Virus record (IMG/VR): IMGVR_UViG_3300020576_003018
Location: 13,126 to 77,125 of that record
From: a virus
Lineage: Duplodnaviria; Caudoviricetes
Reading direction: 5' to 3' (one strand)
DNA length: 64,000 nt
The notes beneath the pieces were generated by a model. It saw nothing but the letters and a program-made list of their open reading frames with translations, ran no database searches and had not been told where the DNA came from. This document shows positions 18,901 to 28,149 of this stretch, piece by piece. The translations under genes and the position numbers were made by a program. Within the stretch, counting starts at the first letter, position 1; each line of letters starts with the position of its first letter.

Positions 18901-19494
18901 TTATCTGTTTGTTGGATAGCGTCGAACGAGTGTTCTTGATTCAATGAGTTGTTTCCAAGTTGGTGTGTTGACTGCATCCCAGATATCCTTACCAACTCCA
19001 TCAACAATCACTTTCCGACTGATCAACCTTGTTCCGTGTGAATAGTCTTTGTAGGAAGCAGAATGGATTGAACTTTCAGGTTGGATTGGTTTTCCATTTG
19101 TTCTATGCCAACCATAAATCACTACCTTTTCCGTTGGAATCCTGCTGCTCAGCACAATGTCTTTTTTATGCCCAGCAACCAAAACAAACTCACGGCTGTT
19201 GATTTGCTGATTGATGAGATTGTTGTGTTGGATCAGTGTTGCTTGACTTCCTCTGTTGGTTGAAATGGTTTGAGGTTCCAGTTTCAAATCTGCTTTCTCC
19301 CATATCAAGTCAACAAGTCTTGGGGAAGGAAGAACACATTGGAGAACATCAGCAAGGTTTTGTGCTTCCCAAGGAAAGAGAGAAAGACGAACGCCCATGT
19401 TGTCCATGAGATAGTCTGAACTTACGGACAATTCAATCTTTCCGTCTCCAACAACCACAGGAACCATTTCTATGTTTGTTGGTTTTGCAATCAT
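18901..19494 (-). CDS. Conserved hypothetical protein, possible enzyme
   Basis: LVAGHKKD, IYGWH...GKPIQP, H...YKDYSHG.RL conserved-looking motifs. Confidence 0.55.
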   Translation of the reverse strand: MIAKPTNIEMVPVVVGDGKIELSVSSDYLMDNMGVRLSLFPWEAQNLADVLQCVLPSPRLVDLIWEKADLKLEPQTISTNRGSQATLIQHNNLINQQINSREFVLVAGHKKDIVLSSRIPTEKVVIYGWHRTNGKPIQPESSIHSASYKDYSHGTRLISRKVIVDGVGKDIWDAVNTPTWKQLIESRTLVRRYPTNR

Positions 19495-19985
19495 GGGGTT
19501 GTTCTTTGTCTCAGGAGATAAACGTGTTCTTCGTGTTTGTCAGCAATCGCCGCAAGCATGTTTTCAAGACCAGAAGTCAAACAGTCTGCTTCGCTCAACT
19601 TGGCCATTACAAAATGAACAATTTTGAGATATGCTTGCTCGGCTTCCAGACTGACTTGGCAATAGGGTTTTCCGGTTGAAACCATGTCGAAAAACTTCTG
19701 CCACACTTTGATTCTTGCGAAGTAGTTTGTCAGTGCTGGTTTCGCAGAAACACCAACGAGTTTTTCTCCCACAAGATCAATTTCTGTTTGAAGTTGTTCG
19801 TATAGACGTTGGAAGAGAAGGTGATCGGAATAAGCTTCTGGTCCAGTGGTCTGCCAGTGATGAGAATGGTGAACAATCTGTAAGGCTTCTGTGCAAGCCA
19901 GAAAAATGGCAAGCGGCGTGTGCTTGTCGTGATTAAAAAGTCCCGCCATTTCTTCACAACATCTTTCCAAGTCGAGTTCAATCAT
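19491..19985 (-). CDS. Ferritin/Dps-like four-helix protein
   Basis: HHSHHWQTTG...YSDHLLFQRLYE...IDLVGEK; HEEHVYLL. Confidence 0.75.
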   Translation of the reverse strand: MIELDLERCCEEMAGLFNHDKHTPLAIFLACTEALQIVHHSHHWQTTGPEAYSDHLLFQRLYEQLQTEIDLVGEKLVGVSAKPALTNYFARIKVWQKFFDMVSTGKPYCQVSLEAEQAYLKIVHFVMAKLSEADCLTSGLENMLAAIADKHEEHVYLLRQRTTP

Positions 19986-20025
19986 TTGTTTGTTCCAGTT
20001 CCTTTGATGGATAGGTATTGAATGG

Positions 20026-20054
20026 TTGACACCACAAACAAAACACAGTAAGAT
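20026..20054 (+). promoter_or_regulatory. Sigma70 promoter, leaderless
   Basis: TTGACA-17-TAAGAT-6 nt-ATG 20061. Confidence 0.75.
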
Positions 20055-20060
20055 AGGAGC

Positions 20061-20390
20061 ATGATGGATGATCTACCCTTTCCGATTGGTTCGCTTGTTA
20101 GACGCAAGACAAGTCCTATTCTAAGTCTGCGAAAAAGGGGCGTTCCAACTTCAGTGCAACAGACTGCTCACGTCTGGGTTTTCTCACGCAGTTTGGAAAA
20201 ACTCGAAATCAACGGATCAAGAACACTGAAATTCATTCAGCCAGTTGTGTTCCTTGGAAAATTCAAGGGGAAAAACCACGAGAGTTTTTGTTTTCTCCTT
20301 CCAGGAGGAGAATATGGCTTGATGTCTGCCCAAGAAAACATTTCTGAGTTGTTTGAGGTAGTTACAGATAACGAAAATGCAATATCCTGA
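20061..20390 (+). CDS. Small beta-barrel array-family protein
   Basis: PIGSLVRR, VVFLG, LLPGGEYG. Confidence 0.6.
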   Translation: MMDDLPFPIGSLVRRKTSPILSLRKRGVPTSVQQTAHVWVFSRSLEKLEINGSRTLKFIQPVVFLGKFKGKNHESFCFLLPGGEYGLMSAQENISELFEVVTDNENAIS

Positions 20391-20793
20391 TCCTGGATAC
20401 AACCACACTCCCGCATACCAAATTTCTGGTATTCCATATGTCACTTCTTCAACAGCAGCAGCGGGACAACCAATTCTGTTGAACTTTCCCTATGTCACTA
20501 AGTTTGTGACTGTTGCTGCAACCGGAGGAGCAACCACTATTGCTTTTACAAGCAATGGTTTGCTAGGCAACAATAAATTCACAGTTCCTTCTGGTCAAAC
20601 ACTGACACTTGAAGTTCGTGTGAAAAAGATGTGGGTTACAGGTTCCACATTCTCTGTTGCTGCTGGACTCACAGGGATTCCAACAGCGAGTATCCCAAAC
20701 CTTACAAGTTCATTTGCTTTCAGCAGTTCAGATCCTTACTTCACTGGAAGTAATGCTTACTCCAACGTCATTGTTTATGACGGCGTTGGCTGA
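20377..20793 (+). CDS. Hypothetical beta-rich protein, possibly virion-associated
   Basis: Ser/Thr/Gly-rich; YQISGIPYVTSS, NFPYVTKFVTV. Confidence 0.6.
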   Translation: MQYPDPGYNHTPAYQISGIPYVTSSTAAAGQPILLNFPYVTKFVTVAATGGATTIAFTSNGLLGNNKFTVPSGQTLTLEVRVKKMWVTGSTFSVAAGLTGIPTASIPNLTSSFAFSSSDPYFTGSNAYSNVIVYDGVG

Positions 20794-20797
20794 TCCG

Positions 20798-21061
20798 TTA
20801 TCTCCCACCCGACTGCATTCTAGCTTTCTCTTTGCTCGCTTCTAGCATTGTTGACACCCAACCGGGCGTCTCCTCTTTGATTTGCTGGAGGACAACTTTT
20901 CCTCCAACAACTCCAGCATGAGCATCGGCGTCATCTCGATACCGATAAATCCCAGCAACCTTCGTTCCCTCCAAAACCACAAAAACATCCCTGCACTCTA
21001 CCGCTGATCCATTCCCATAATTCGATTGACGTTTTCCATATCTGACCATGATCTTATTCAC
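20798..21061 (-). CDS. Hypothetical protein
   Basis: ORF fills the gap; start overlaps the upstream stop. Confidence 0.5.
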   Translation of the reverse strand: MNKIMVRYGKRQSNYGNGSAVECRDVFVVLEGTKVAGIYRYRDDADAHAGVVGGKVVLQQIKEETPGWVSTMLEASKEKARMQSGGR

Positions 21062-21185
21062 CTTTTGTTGTTCGCTCTTGACACGAGAAGGGGCCTTCCA
21101 GGCTTCCGAATTGTTTGGACGACCTGAGACCCGTTAAATTGTTTGCGGGCACTATAAAGCATCCTGAGCCCGTGTAGGATTTTTC

Positions 21186-21214
21186 TTGACCTTGAGACAG
21201 GTGCGTGGTAGATT
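21186..21214 (+). promoter_or_regulatory. Sigma70 promoter
   Basis: TTGACC-17-TAGATT-10 nt-ATG 21225. Confidence 0.7.
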
Positions 21215-21224
21215 CTTCATCATC

Positions 21225-21872
21225 ATGAAGATTTTTCACGCATCTGACCTTCACGCCGACTTACACCCGTTGACCACCATCGACAAAGATGTGGACGTTG
21301 TGGTGTCGTCAGGTGATTTTTTCCCTAACCTTACCAGAGGGAATATTAACATTGAACCCAATTTCCAAAGGGAATGGTTCAAGAAGCACTCGCAAGACAT
21401 CTTCAGGTATCTAGCTGGCCGTCCTACTATTATCGTCAATGGCAACCATGATTACATTTGCTTGGCCGAGATGATGGTAGAACATGGATACGCTGGAAAA
21501 GTTCTTCTCTTGACACCAGACAAGGTTGTTGAGTTTGGTGGGAAACGCTGGGTTGGTCATGGATTCATTCCATACATCTACGGTGATTGGAATGGCGAGT
21601 TGCAACCGCACGATCTTGCTGTTGTTTCAAAACAGTTGTTTCAACATGAGAATGTTGATGTGTTGGTGACGCATGTTCCACCGAAGGGTATTTTGGCAAG
21701 TGAATGGGGTTGCCCTACACTCGCACAATGCTTTGCATATCATCCTGGAGCATCCAGCATCAAACATCACTTCTTTGGTCATGTTCATTCTTCTGGTGGT
21801 GAGACTGCCGAAGTGTTTGGCATAAAGTTCTTCAACTCTGCTTGTATCCCACAAATTGTGAAGATTCCATGA
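21225..21872 (+). CDS. Calcineurin-like metallophosphoesterase
   Basis: SDLH, SSGDF, VNGNHD, LVTHVPP, FFGHVH. Confidence 0.9.
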   Translation: MKIFHASDLHADLHPLTTIDKDVDVVVSSGDFFPNLTRGNINIEPNFQREWFKKHSQDIFRYLAGRPTIIVNGNHDYICLAEMMVEHGYAGKVLLLTPDKVVEFGGKRWVGHGFIPYIYGDWNGELQPHDLAVVSKQLFQHENVDVLVTHVPPKGILASEWGCPTLAQCFAYHPGASSIKHHFFGHVHSSGGETAEVFGIKFFNSACIPQIVKIP

Positions 21873-21893
21873 AAAGAAAACTCGTCATTGCCA

Positions 21894-22257
21894 ATGAAAC
21901 GTTCTTTGATAAATCTTACTTGGCTCAATGATAAAAACATGGAGAAGAACAACTACAAGCTTGTTGATCCTTACCTTGTTGGGTTCCATCCGGATCTTCT
22001 TGCAGAAAATTGGGTGAAGCGAAGTGATACGATCAGACTCTTTGACTATTTTGACCTATCAACCATTTACTTCCCGAAAGGTGCGGTGTTTTTGGTTTAT
22101 GCAACTTTTGATCATGGACTCTTAGAAACCCCCCTACTTGGAAGTAATTGGACCAAACGGCGAAAAACATTCTTACACCGTTCGGTATAACAACGAAACA
22201 GATAAGGAAAAATTCATCTTCATTCCCATCAATGTTTCGGTGGATTCAGAACCATGA
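21894..22257 (+). pseudogene. Array-family ORF split by a frameshift at C6 (22129-22134)
   Basis: Removing one C gives ETPYLEVIGPNGEK... ending in a TGA that overlaps ATG 22254. Confidence 0.55.
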
Positions 22258-22571
22258 CACCAACAACATACGGTTCATTTTCTCCTGGTGATTTGGTGGT
22301 TCCGAATCTGTCAACCAAAGTGTGGAAAAAAGAGATTGCCCATTTGCTTGCTGTGGAATTCTATAGTAAGAATCGTGACAATTGGGCCAACACGCTTATC
22401 AGCTACAAGTACAAACATTATCCGTTCAACTCGATTTTCCTTGTCACAGATTGTTTTCTCACAGGCGACTATCATGGCGAGTATTGGGTTATCGAAACCG
22501 TCTGCCCCGATGGAGCAATTTTGGTCTTTTCGGAAAACTATTTTGAGTTGTTTAAGGAAGCAGCACCATGA
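22254..22571 (+). CDS. Array-family protein, CPDG subfamily
   Basis: PGDLVV, SIFLV, VCPDG. Confidence 0.7.
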   Translation: MTPTTYGSFSPGDLVVPNLSTKVWKKEIAHLLAVEFYSKNRDNWANTLISYKYKHYPFNSIFLVTDCFLTGDYHGEYWVIETVCPDGAILVFSENYFELFKEAAP

Positions 22572-22852
22572 GCAATCACAATTTCAAACCGGGAGATTTG
22601 GTACGCGGAACACCAAACTGTGAAGAAAAGCTGTTTCGGTTTATGGATGCGGAATGTACCGGAACAAGGCTTAATGCGTATACTGTCCGGCAATACCCAG
22701 GAGACTCATTGTTTATTGTCTTGGAATGCCTGTTTGTTTCAAACGCGAAATTTGGGTTACAACTCAACAATTTTTTGGCTGTTCGAGTTGCTTGTCCCGA
22801 TGGAAGAATTGCGATTGCCACACAAGGGTATTTCACAAAGTTTGAGCCATGA
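22568..22852 (+). CDS. Array-family protein, CPDG subfamily
   Basis: PGDLVR, SLFIV, ACPDG. Confidence 0.7.
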   Translation: MSNHNFKPGDLVRGTPNCEEKLFRFMDAECTGTRLNAYTVRQYPGDSLFIVLECLFVSNAKFGLQLNNFLAVRVACPDGRIAIATQGYFTKFEP

Positions 22853-22883
22853 CCAGCAATTCTTTCAGAAGGAAATCAAATCA

Positions 22884-23132
22884 ATGAACAACAGGAATGG
22901 CCGAGCAGTGGTTGGAGATTTGTTGGCACTTGGACACGGACAAAAGGATGTGTTTGATTATTCAACAGCCTCGTTTCGCACCTACCCAGCCAACTCACTG
23001 TTCTTGATTTGTGCGCTGGATGCCAGTTGGGGCAACGAAGCACTCTTACTTTGCCCAGACGGCAATTTAATTCGTGGGGAACTTACCCCTTTCAAAAAAG
23101 CAAAAGATTCCAAAAATGATGAGCAACATTAA
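22884..23132 (+). CDS. Array-family protein, CPDG subfamily
   Basis: VGDLL, SLFLI, LCPDG. Confidence 0.65.
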   Translation: MNNRNGRAVVGDLLALGHGQKDVFDYSTASFRTYPANSLFLICALDASWGNEALLLCPDGNLIRGELTPFKKAKDSKNDEQH

Positions 23133-23487
23133 AGTTGGAGATTTGGTTTGTTTCAAGGATGAGTATGGAAGTCATAACGAACGAGAAGTCCGCATTCTTC
23201 CAAGACCTTCAGATTCTGGCAAGGGTCACTACTGCATCTTCAATTACGTTAACGACAAGTGGATCGTGGTGCCGAGCAGGGAAGGAATTGACCCCGTTGT
23301 TGGGCGCCACGCATTTGATTACTTCCTTATCATTGAAACCCACCCAGCAGAGAACAAGTTCCAAACCAACTTCATTTCCTTGCTTTTTTCAGATGGAAGT
23401 GTGATTTTAGCAAACGCGGATGATCTTGATGAAGAAAGGACGATCCATGCAAATTCTGAGGAAGAACTCGTACAGGAAACCCCCTGA
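23116..23487 (+). CDS. Array-family protein
   Basis: VGDLVCF, YFLII, FSDG. Confidence 0.65.
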   Translation: MMSNIKVGDLVCFKDEYGSHNEREVRILPRPSDSGKGHYCIFNYVNDKWIVVPSREGIDPVVGRHAFDYFLIIETHPAENKFQTNFISLLFSDGSVILANADDLDEERTIHANSEEELVQETP

Positions 23488-23761
23488 AGTCGGACAACTT
23501 GTTCGGTTGCGAGGAGAACTCGATGAAGAGTTCTGGGCCAGGATGGATGGTAGACCTTTCGATCCTGAAAACCCGAAGATGACAACAATTGACTATCGTG
23601 GGCACGGACGGATTTACTTTGGCCAAAACGATCTTTTCGTGCTTCTTGACTCCTATAGCCTTTTTGATAGGGTTATGGCTCTTTTGTTGACTCAGGAGGG
23701 TAAAAAGATTCTGGTTGTTATGAGCGCAGTTGACAGCACTCCCATTCTCATGGTAGAGTAG
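23447..23761 (+). CDS. Array-family protein
   Basis: VGQLVRL, LFVLL, TQEG. Confidence 0.6.
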   Translation: MQILRKNSYRKPPEVGQLVRLRGELDEEFWARMDGRPFDPENPKMTTIDYRGHGRIYFGQNDLFVLLDSYSLFDRVMALLLTQEGKKILVVMSAVDSTPILMVE

Positions 23762-23765
23762 CTTC

Positions 23766-24059
23766 ATGGCAACATCGCTGAAAGAGCCCGAAATCGGCAA
23801 ACTGTATTGGATTCGTCAATTCCCAGAGCCCTTTCTCAACAACTCAACCATCCCGCTGAGTGATTGTTTTGGAAAACAGTTTCGCTTTACACCTAACCTG
23901 GACCCGGGTTTGTGTTGCGGCTCTTTCCTTTTCTTGACACCCGATGGCAAACAGTTTGAATGGTACATCAAGGTTCTCGACAAATCACTCGAATCTGCCA
24001 GCACCTTTCCAATCACGGGACTTTATCTCGAAGAAGTGAAGGATTTAGATGATGAATGA
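23766..24059 (+). CDS. Array-family protein
   Basis: IGKLYW, FLTPDG, LEEV plus acidic tail. Confidence 0.7.
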   Translation: MATSLKEPEIGKLYWIRQFPEPFLNNSTIPLSDCFGKQFRFTPNLDPGLCCGSFLFLTPDGKQFEWYIKVLDKSLESASTFPITGLYLEEVKDLDDE

Positions 24060-24411
24060 TAAGCAAAAAGAAAAGGTTGAGGTTGTTTCAACTGATCCTG
24101 TTCCGGATAAGCTGTACCGTCTCATGAATAGAGGAATGGACAAACGAATCCGAGGTTATCACCCGAAATCAATGCGGTTTGGGCGTTCTTTCATCTTTGA
24201 TGACGAAAATGCTTTTCTTCTTTGCATCCCGCCCAGAAATACGGAAGAGAATAGGCAGTTTTGCCCGACTTTTGTTTGCTCTGACTCCGGTGAAATCTTC
24301 ACTTGGAGTTTGAAGGTACTCCCAGTGAACTATCAACCGAAATCCGGCGAGGAAACTTTCGGATGGAGTTGTTGGTTGGTTGAAGTGGAGTGTGACAAAG
24401 ACAATGAGTGA
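24049..24411 (+). CDS. Array-family protein, FLVSG-like subfamily
   Basis: PDKLYRL, FLLCIP, WLVEV. Confidence 0.7.
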   Translation: MMNDKQKEKVEVVSTDPVPDKLYRLMNRGMDKRIRGYHPKSMRFGRSFIFDDENAFLLCIPPRNTEENRQFCPTFVCSDSGEIFTWSLKVLPVNYQPKSGEETFGWSCWLVEVECDKDNE

Positions 24412-24682
24412 CAACGACAATCACCAACCAATTTCTGGCAAGCTGTACCGTGTGGCGAATTGTGCCTGGAAATCTCTCTCAACTCACGAGGGACCAGTGA
24501 TTGAATTTGATTCCGCAACACAATTTCTTCTTTGTCTTCCCCGAAGAAAAAACTTGCCAGGGTTTGACTTTTTTCTGGTAAGTGGCACCGTTCATATATT
24601 CGCTTGGTTGGGTCCGAAAACAGAGGAGAGCATTTCCGACGTTTGGTTGCAAGAAGTGAAACCGGAGGAAACCGATGGATAA
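24404..24682 (+). CDS. Array-family protein, FLVSG subfamily
   Basis: SGKLYRV, FLLCLP, FLVSG, WLQEV. Confidence 0.7.
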   Translation: MSDNDNHQPISGKLYRVANCAWKSLSTHEGPVIEFDSATQFLLCLPRRKNLPGFDFFLVSGTVHIFAWLGPKTEESISDVWLQEVKPEETDG

Positions 24683-25004
24683 TCGACCCTTTCCAACACC
24701 CGGAAAACTATATCGTCTAATGCCAACAACCACCATACAAATTTTTTCGTTTGTTAGTCTTGACAGGCCATACGGCGATCCCTTCGAAATAGATTCACAG
24801 GTAAATCTATTTGCTTGCTTGCCGAATTTGGAGAACAAGAAAAAAGGGCAGCACTATCAAATGTTTTTGGTCAGCGGCATTGGTAAATTGGTTGCATTTG
24901 GTTTATACGAATCAGAGGTTGTCTTCCCTTTGCGAGTTGGACAGGATCCGAAAAATCCTTTGACCTTTCATTTGGTTGAAGTCGAGGAAGAAGAAGAAGA
25001 ATGA
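24675..25004 (+). CDS. Array-family protein, FLVSG subfamily
   Basis: PGKLYRL, ACLP, FLVSG, EVEEEEE. Confidence 0.7.
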   Translation: MDNRPFPTPGKLYRLMPTTTIQIFSFVSLDRPYGDPFEIDSQVNLFACLPNLENKKKGQHYQMFLVSGIGKLVAFGLYESEVVFPLRVGQDPKNPLTFHLVEVEEEEEE

Positions 25005-25381
25005 GAACAATGGAATGGTTGTTGTGGAACGAAGAGGGAGAAAGAGAATGTTTTCGAACAGAGGAGATGGATAAACAAGCTTTGTTTGAGAAGATTTATG
25101 ATGTTGTTGTAGAGGAAGGTGGAGATGGAGACATGGCTGTCGTGTTTTCTCCCGAAACTCATTGCCATCGAGAAATCGCAAATGATTTTCAAGTGTTTCT
25201 TGAAGAGAAAGACCCAGGTGAGTGGCACCGATGGAACATGAGGGTTGGAAGTGACATTCACTTTTCCCGAGATCAAGAGCGGTTTACGTTTGCTAATGAC
25301 GATCATTTTTGTGAATATGGCGAACAGTTGACAGGGTTCCAACCCGTCTCAAACAAGGTTGTTGTTTATGAATCCCTCTGA
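25001..25381 (+). CDS. Hypothetical acidic protein
   Basis: ATGA-coupled ORF lacking the array motif. Confidence 0.6.
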   Translation: MRTMEWLLWNEEGERECFRTEEMDKQALFEKIYDVVVEEGGDGDMAVVFSPETHCHREIANDFQVFLEEKDPGEWHRWNMRVGSDIHFSRDQERFTFANDDHFCEYGEQLTGFQPVSNKVVVYESL

Positions 25382-25631
25382 GATTTTTGCCACGAATCCA
25401 GTTGTTGGTCGGTTGTACCATGTGCGTGCTAATCCACTTTTACTACCATCAAGTGTGAAAATGGTTGTGGTTTGTTACCTTGACAATGGCGAATATTTGG
25501 CTGCTGGGAGTGGGAAATCAATGACCTATTCCGGTCTCTGTGTTTTCGAACCTGGGGTCGTTGAAAAGAGTGGATACGAAATCCCACACACGATGATTTG
25601 GCTGGAGGAAGTGAAAACGGAGGAAGAGTAG
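25368..25631 (+). CDS. Array-family protein
   Basis: VGRLYHV, WLEEV. Confidence 0.65.
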   Translation: MNPSEIFATNPVVGRLYHVRANPLLLPSSVKMVVVCYLDNGEYLAAGSGKSMTYSGLCVFEPGVVEKSGYEIPHTMIWLEEVKTEEE

Positions 25632-25939
25632 TGAAAACAGAACACAGGCCAGTTCCTGGGAGGCTTTATCGGGTTATGAAATGCCCCGATAGTCACAATG
25701 ATCACATAAAATTGCTTGCTTTTGAGGGACCGGCGCGGATTTATGGGACCGAGTTCATTTTCAATTGGAAGGAGGGCTTCTTTCTTTGCTTGCCTCACAG
25801 AAAAGATTTGCCCGACTGTGACATGTTTTTGGTAAGCGGCACCATCAACACAGTTGTTTGGTATGGTCTTACAACGAAGCCTAGACAGGATTGGCTGTGG
25901 CTAGAGGAGGTTTCTGTTGAAGAAGAAGAAGAAGAATAA
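25631..25939 (+). CDS. Array-family protein, FLVSG subfamily
   Basis: PGRLYRV, FLCLP, FLVSG, WLEEV. Confidence 0.7.
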   Translation: MKTEHRPVPGRLYRVMKCPDSHNDHIKLLAFEGPARIYGTEFIFNWKEGFFLCLPHRKDLPDCDMFLVSGTINTVVWYGLTTKPRQDWLWLEEVSVEEEEEE

Positions 25940-26243
25940 AAATCTTCCCGAAGTTGGAAAGTTGTATCGACTTTTTTGCGAGTCGGACGACGGTGTGAAG
26001 CTTTCTGTGGCTTATGGATTGAATTTGGAGGAGAATCTCCTGGTTTGCATTCCAAACGTTGTTACCAATGGAAGGCCAACGCAATCATTTTTGGTTTCGG
26101 GGACGGGTGAATTTTTTCATTGGTGCTTTGTGGACACGGAACCTGACAAACACCATCAACTGGAAGTGTGGGTCAAAAAATCCATCCATCCCAGTGGCTA
26201 TACAACTTGGCTGGAGGAGGAGGTTGACACCGATGTTGAATAA
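25917..26243 (+). CDS. Array-family protein, FLVSG subfamily
   Basis: VGKLYRL, VCIP, FLVSG, WLEEEV; start uncertain. Confidence 0.65.
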   Translation: MKKKKKNKNLPEVGKLYRLFCESDDGVKLSVAYGLNLEENLLVCIPNVVTNGRPTQSFLVSGTGEFFHWCFVDTEPDKHHQLEVWVKKSIHPSGYTTWLEEEVDTDVE

Positions 26244-26628
26244 GGTCCGGGAACACTTTTGGTTTGTTTATGCAACGAAGGAAAAGGCATTGGAGCAGTA
26301 TGGTCAATTTGTTCACGAACATGAAGACCCATATGTTTGGCTCGCTTATGTGAGTGAATCGGAACACTGGGCTAATAATTGGATTGGCCACAAGAATAAG
26401 ACACATAACAGCAACATTATTGGTCTTTTGGTTCCTGGCGACAATTTTATCGTTTTGGGAAAGGTCACAAGAGCCCACCACGAATCTCTGCGGACTGATA
26501 CAATTGTTCGTGTGTTGTCGGGCAATGGGTTGGTCGGCTGGGTAATCCAGCCTCACACACATGAAGGCAGTTCTTCTTTTTTTGAGGAGATTGAGGTGTC
26601 TGACGACGAGGGCGAGTGGGGGAGTTGA
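26233..26628 (+). CDS. Array-family protein
   Basis: PGDNFIVLG, VLSGNGLVGW, FEEI. Confidence 0.65.
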   Translation: MLNKVREHFWFVYATKEKALEQYGQFVHEHEDPYVWLAYVSESEHWANNWIGHKNKTHNSNIIGLLVPGDNFIVLGKVTRAHHESLRTDTIVRVLSGNGLVGWVIQPHTHEGSSSFFEEIEVSDDEGEWGS

Positions 26629-26767
26629 ACGAGTATTTACTTCCAACCAACAATGTCTGCATCACCACACAGCCTTCAAACACTTCTGAAAGCCTTCATT
26701 GTCCTTGAAGCAACCAGATTCAAAAGAGAAACCAAGTCACGACTTCCCAGGTGGACTGAGAGGTTGA

Positions 26768-28111
26768 TTGCATACGAGCAACAAAAATCGTGTGGATGGA
26801 AACCTGTTCATTCACTTTTCAAGGTTTCCGAAAATGGGACTTTACCTCAAAAACTCATACAACACCCCAATTGGCTTCTACGCCTATCCACTCATTGACG
26901 AATCAATCAGTTCCTTTGCCGTTGAAAGACCTTTCATGATCATCGTTAAACCCAAACCGGAAGCAAGGCTTTTGGATTTATCGAGGTATACAGAAGAACA
27001 GTTGAAACAGGATGGGGAGAAGCTGAAAACTGCTGGGTTTGATCCAAATGTTGTTGACGAGGCAACAGAAAAAACAAAAAACTTCTGGGATTTGTCTGGG
27101 GAATCTTCTGGTTTCCCTGGTAAGAAGATTTGGGATCTCACAAGGATTTTATCTGGAACGAAGGTTGGAGAAGACGAAGATGGTAATGATGTGACAAATC
27201 CACTTTCTTCGGGAAAGGAGGGTGGAGGTCCAACGGCACGGTGGTCTTACATTTTCTGGAAGGTGCTTGGATATGATGGAGTGGTTGACAATAACAGTAT
27301 TGGAATCATTCACCCCAACGAACCAAACCAAGCTGTGTTTTTCAACACGACGAAACTGGAAATTGTTGATGTGATTGAGAAGGAGGGTAAGGAAGAAGGC
27401 TCATACTACCCAGCCCATAAACTTTTTTCAAAACCACAGCAAGCTATTTCTGGCGATGACTATTCTAACCAAGAAATTGATGATTTGCAACTGACAAACG
27501 CGATGGTTCTTGGAACCGACTTCACCAACTCGACAATCAAAAATTCCAAGATGATCTTTTCTCGTCTTGGAGGCTCCAAGTTCATCAACGCCAAACTCAA
27601 CAACGTTGTTTTCACCAACTCCAACCTCGCAAAAGTTAAGCTTGTTGGAGCGAGTTGCTATGAATGCTTCTTTGATTCCTCCCAGTTTTTTCAGACTAAA
27701 GCTCGTGGTGCAAGGTTTACACACTGTAATTTCACTCGAACAACCAATAGTGAGTCTGATTTCTCCAACACGGAAATTCGTCAGTGTTCTTTCTTGGAAG
27801 CAAATTGTTCCTACACCAGTTTTGAGAATGCCAAATTTATTGGCACGAAGATATCTGGGGGGGCTTTTCAAAACTGCAATTTCACAAATGCGGACATGAG
27901 AGGAATAAACACCGATGGGAGCGTTGGATTTGTCAATTCGAGATTCGCTGGTGCTGATTTGAGGGGCGTTGACATGAGTGGTTGGATTTTGTATGGATCA
28001 TCCTTGACAAACCTACCAAACAGGTTCGCAAAAGCCATCTACAACTCCAGTACGAAGTTTCCACCCAACCTTGATCCAGCCGAAGAGGGCATGAGACTGG
28101 TAGACGATTAG
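26768..28111 (+). CDS. Pentapeptide-repeat protein with unknown N-terminal domain
   Basis: C-terminal A(D/N)Lxx-type repeats (ANCSY, AKFIG, ADMRG, ADLRG); the true N-terminus may begin at 26653 across a frameshift. Confidence 0.8.
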   Translation: MHTSNKNRVDGNLFIHFSRFPKMGLYLKNSYNTPIGFYAYPLIDESISSFAVERPFMIIVKPKPEARLLDLSRYTEEQLKQDGEKLKTAGFDPNVVDEATEKTKNFWDLSGESSGFPGKKIWDLTRILSGTKVGEDEDGNDVTNPLSSGKEGGGPTARWSYIFWKVLGYDGVVDNNSIGIIHPNEPNQAVFFNTTKLEIVDVIEKEGKEEGSYYPAHKLFSKPQQAISGDDYSNQEIDDLQLTNAMVLGTDFTNSTIKNSKMIFSRLGGSKFINAKLNNVVFTNSNLAKVKLVGASCYECFFDSSQFFQTKARGARFTHCNFTRTTNSESDFSNTEIRQCSFLEANCSYTSFENAKFIGTKISGGAFQNCNFTNADMRGINTDGSVGFVNSRFAGADLRGVDMSGWILYGSSLTNLPNRFAKAIYNSSTKFPPNLDPAEEGMRLVDD

Positions 28112-28113
28112 GG

Positions 28114-28142
28114 TTGACATGAGCAAGCGGTGCTGGTACTCT
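28114..28142 (+). promoter_or_regulatory. Sigma70 promoter, leaderless
   Basis: TTGACA-17-TACTCT-7 nt-ATG 28150. Confidence 0.75.
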
Positions 28143-28149
28143 CCAGACC

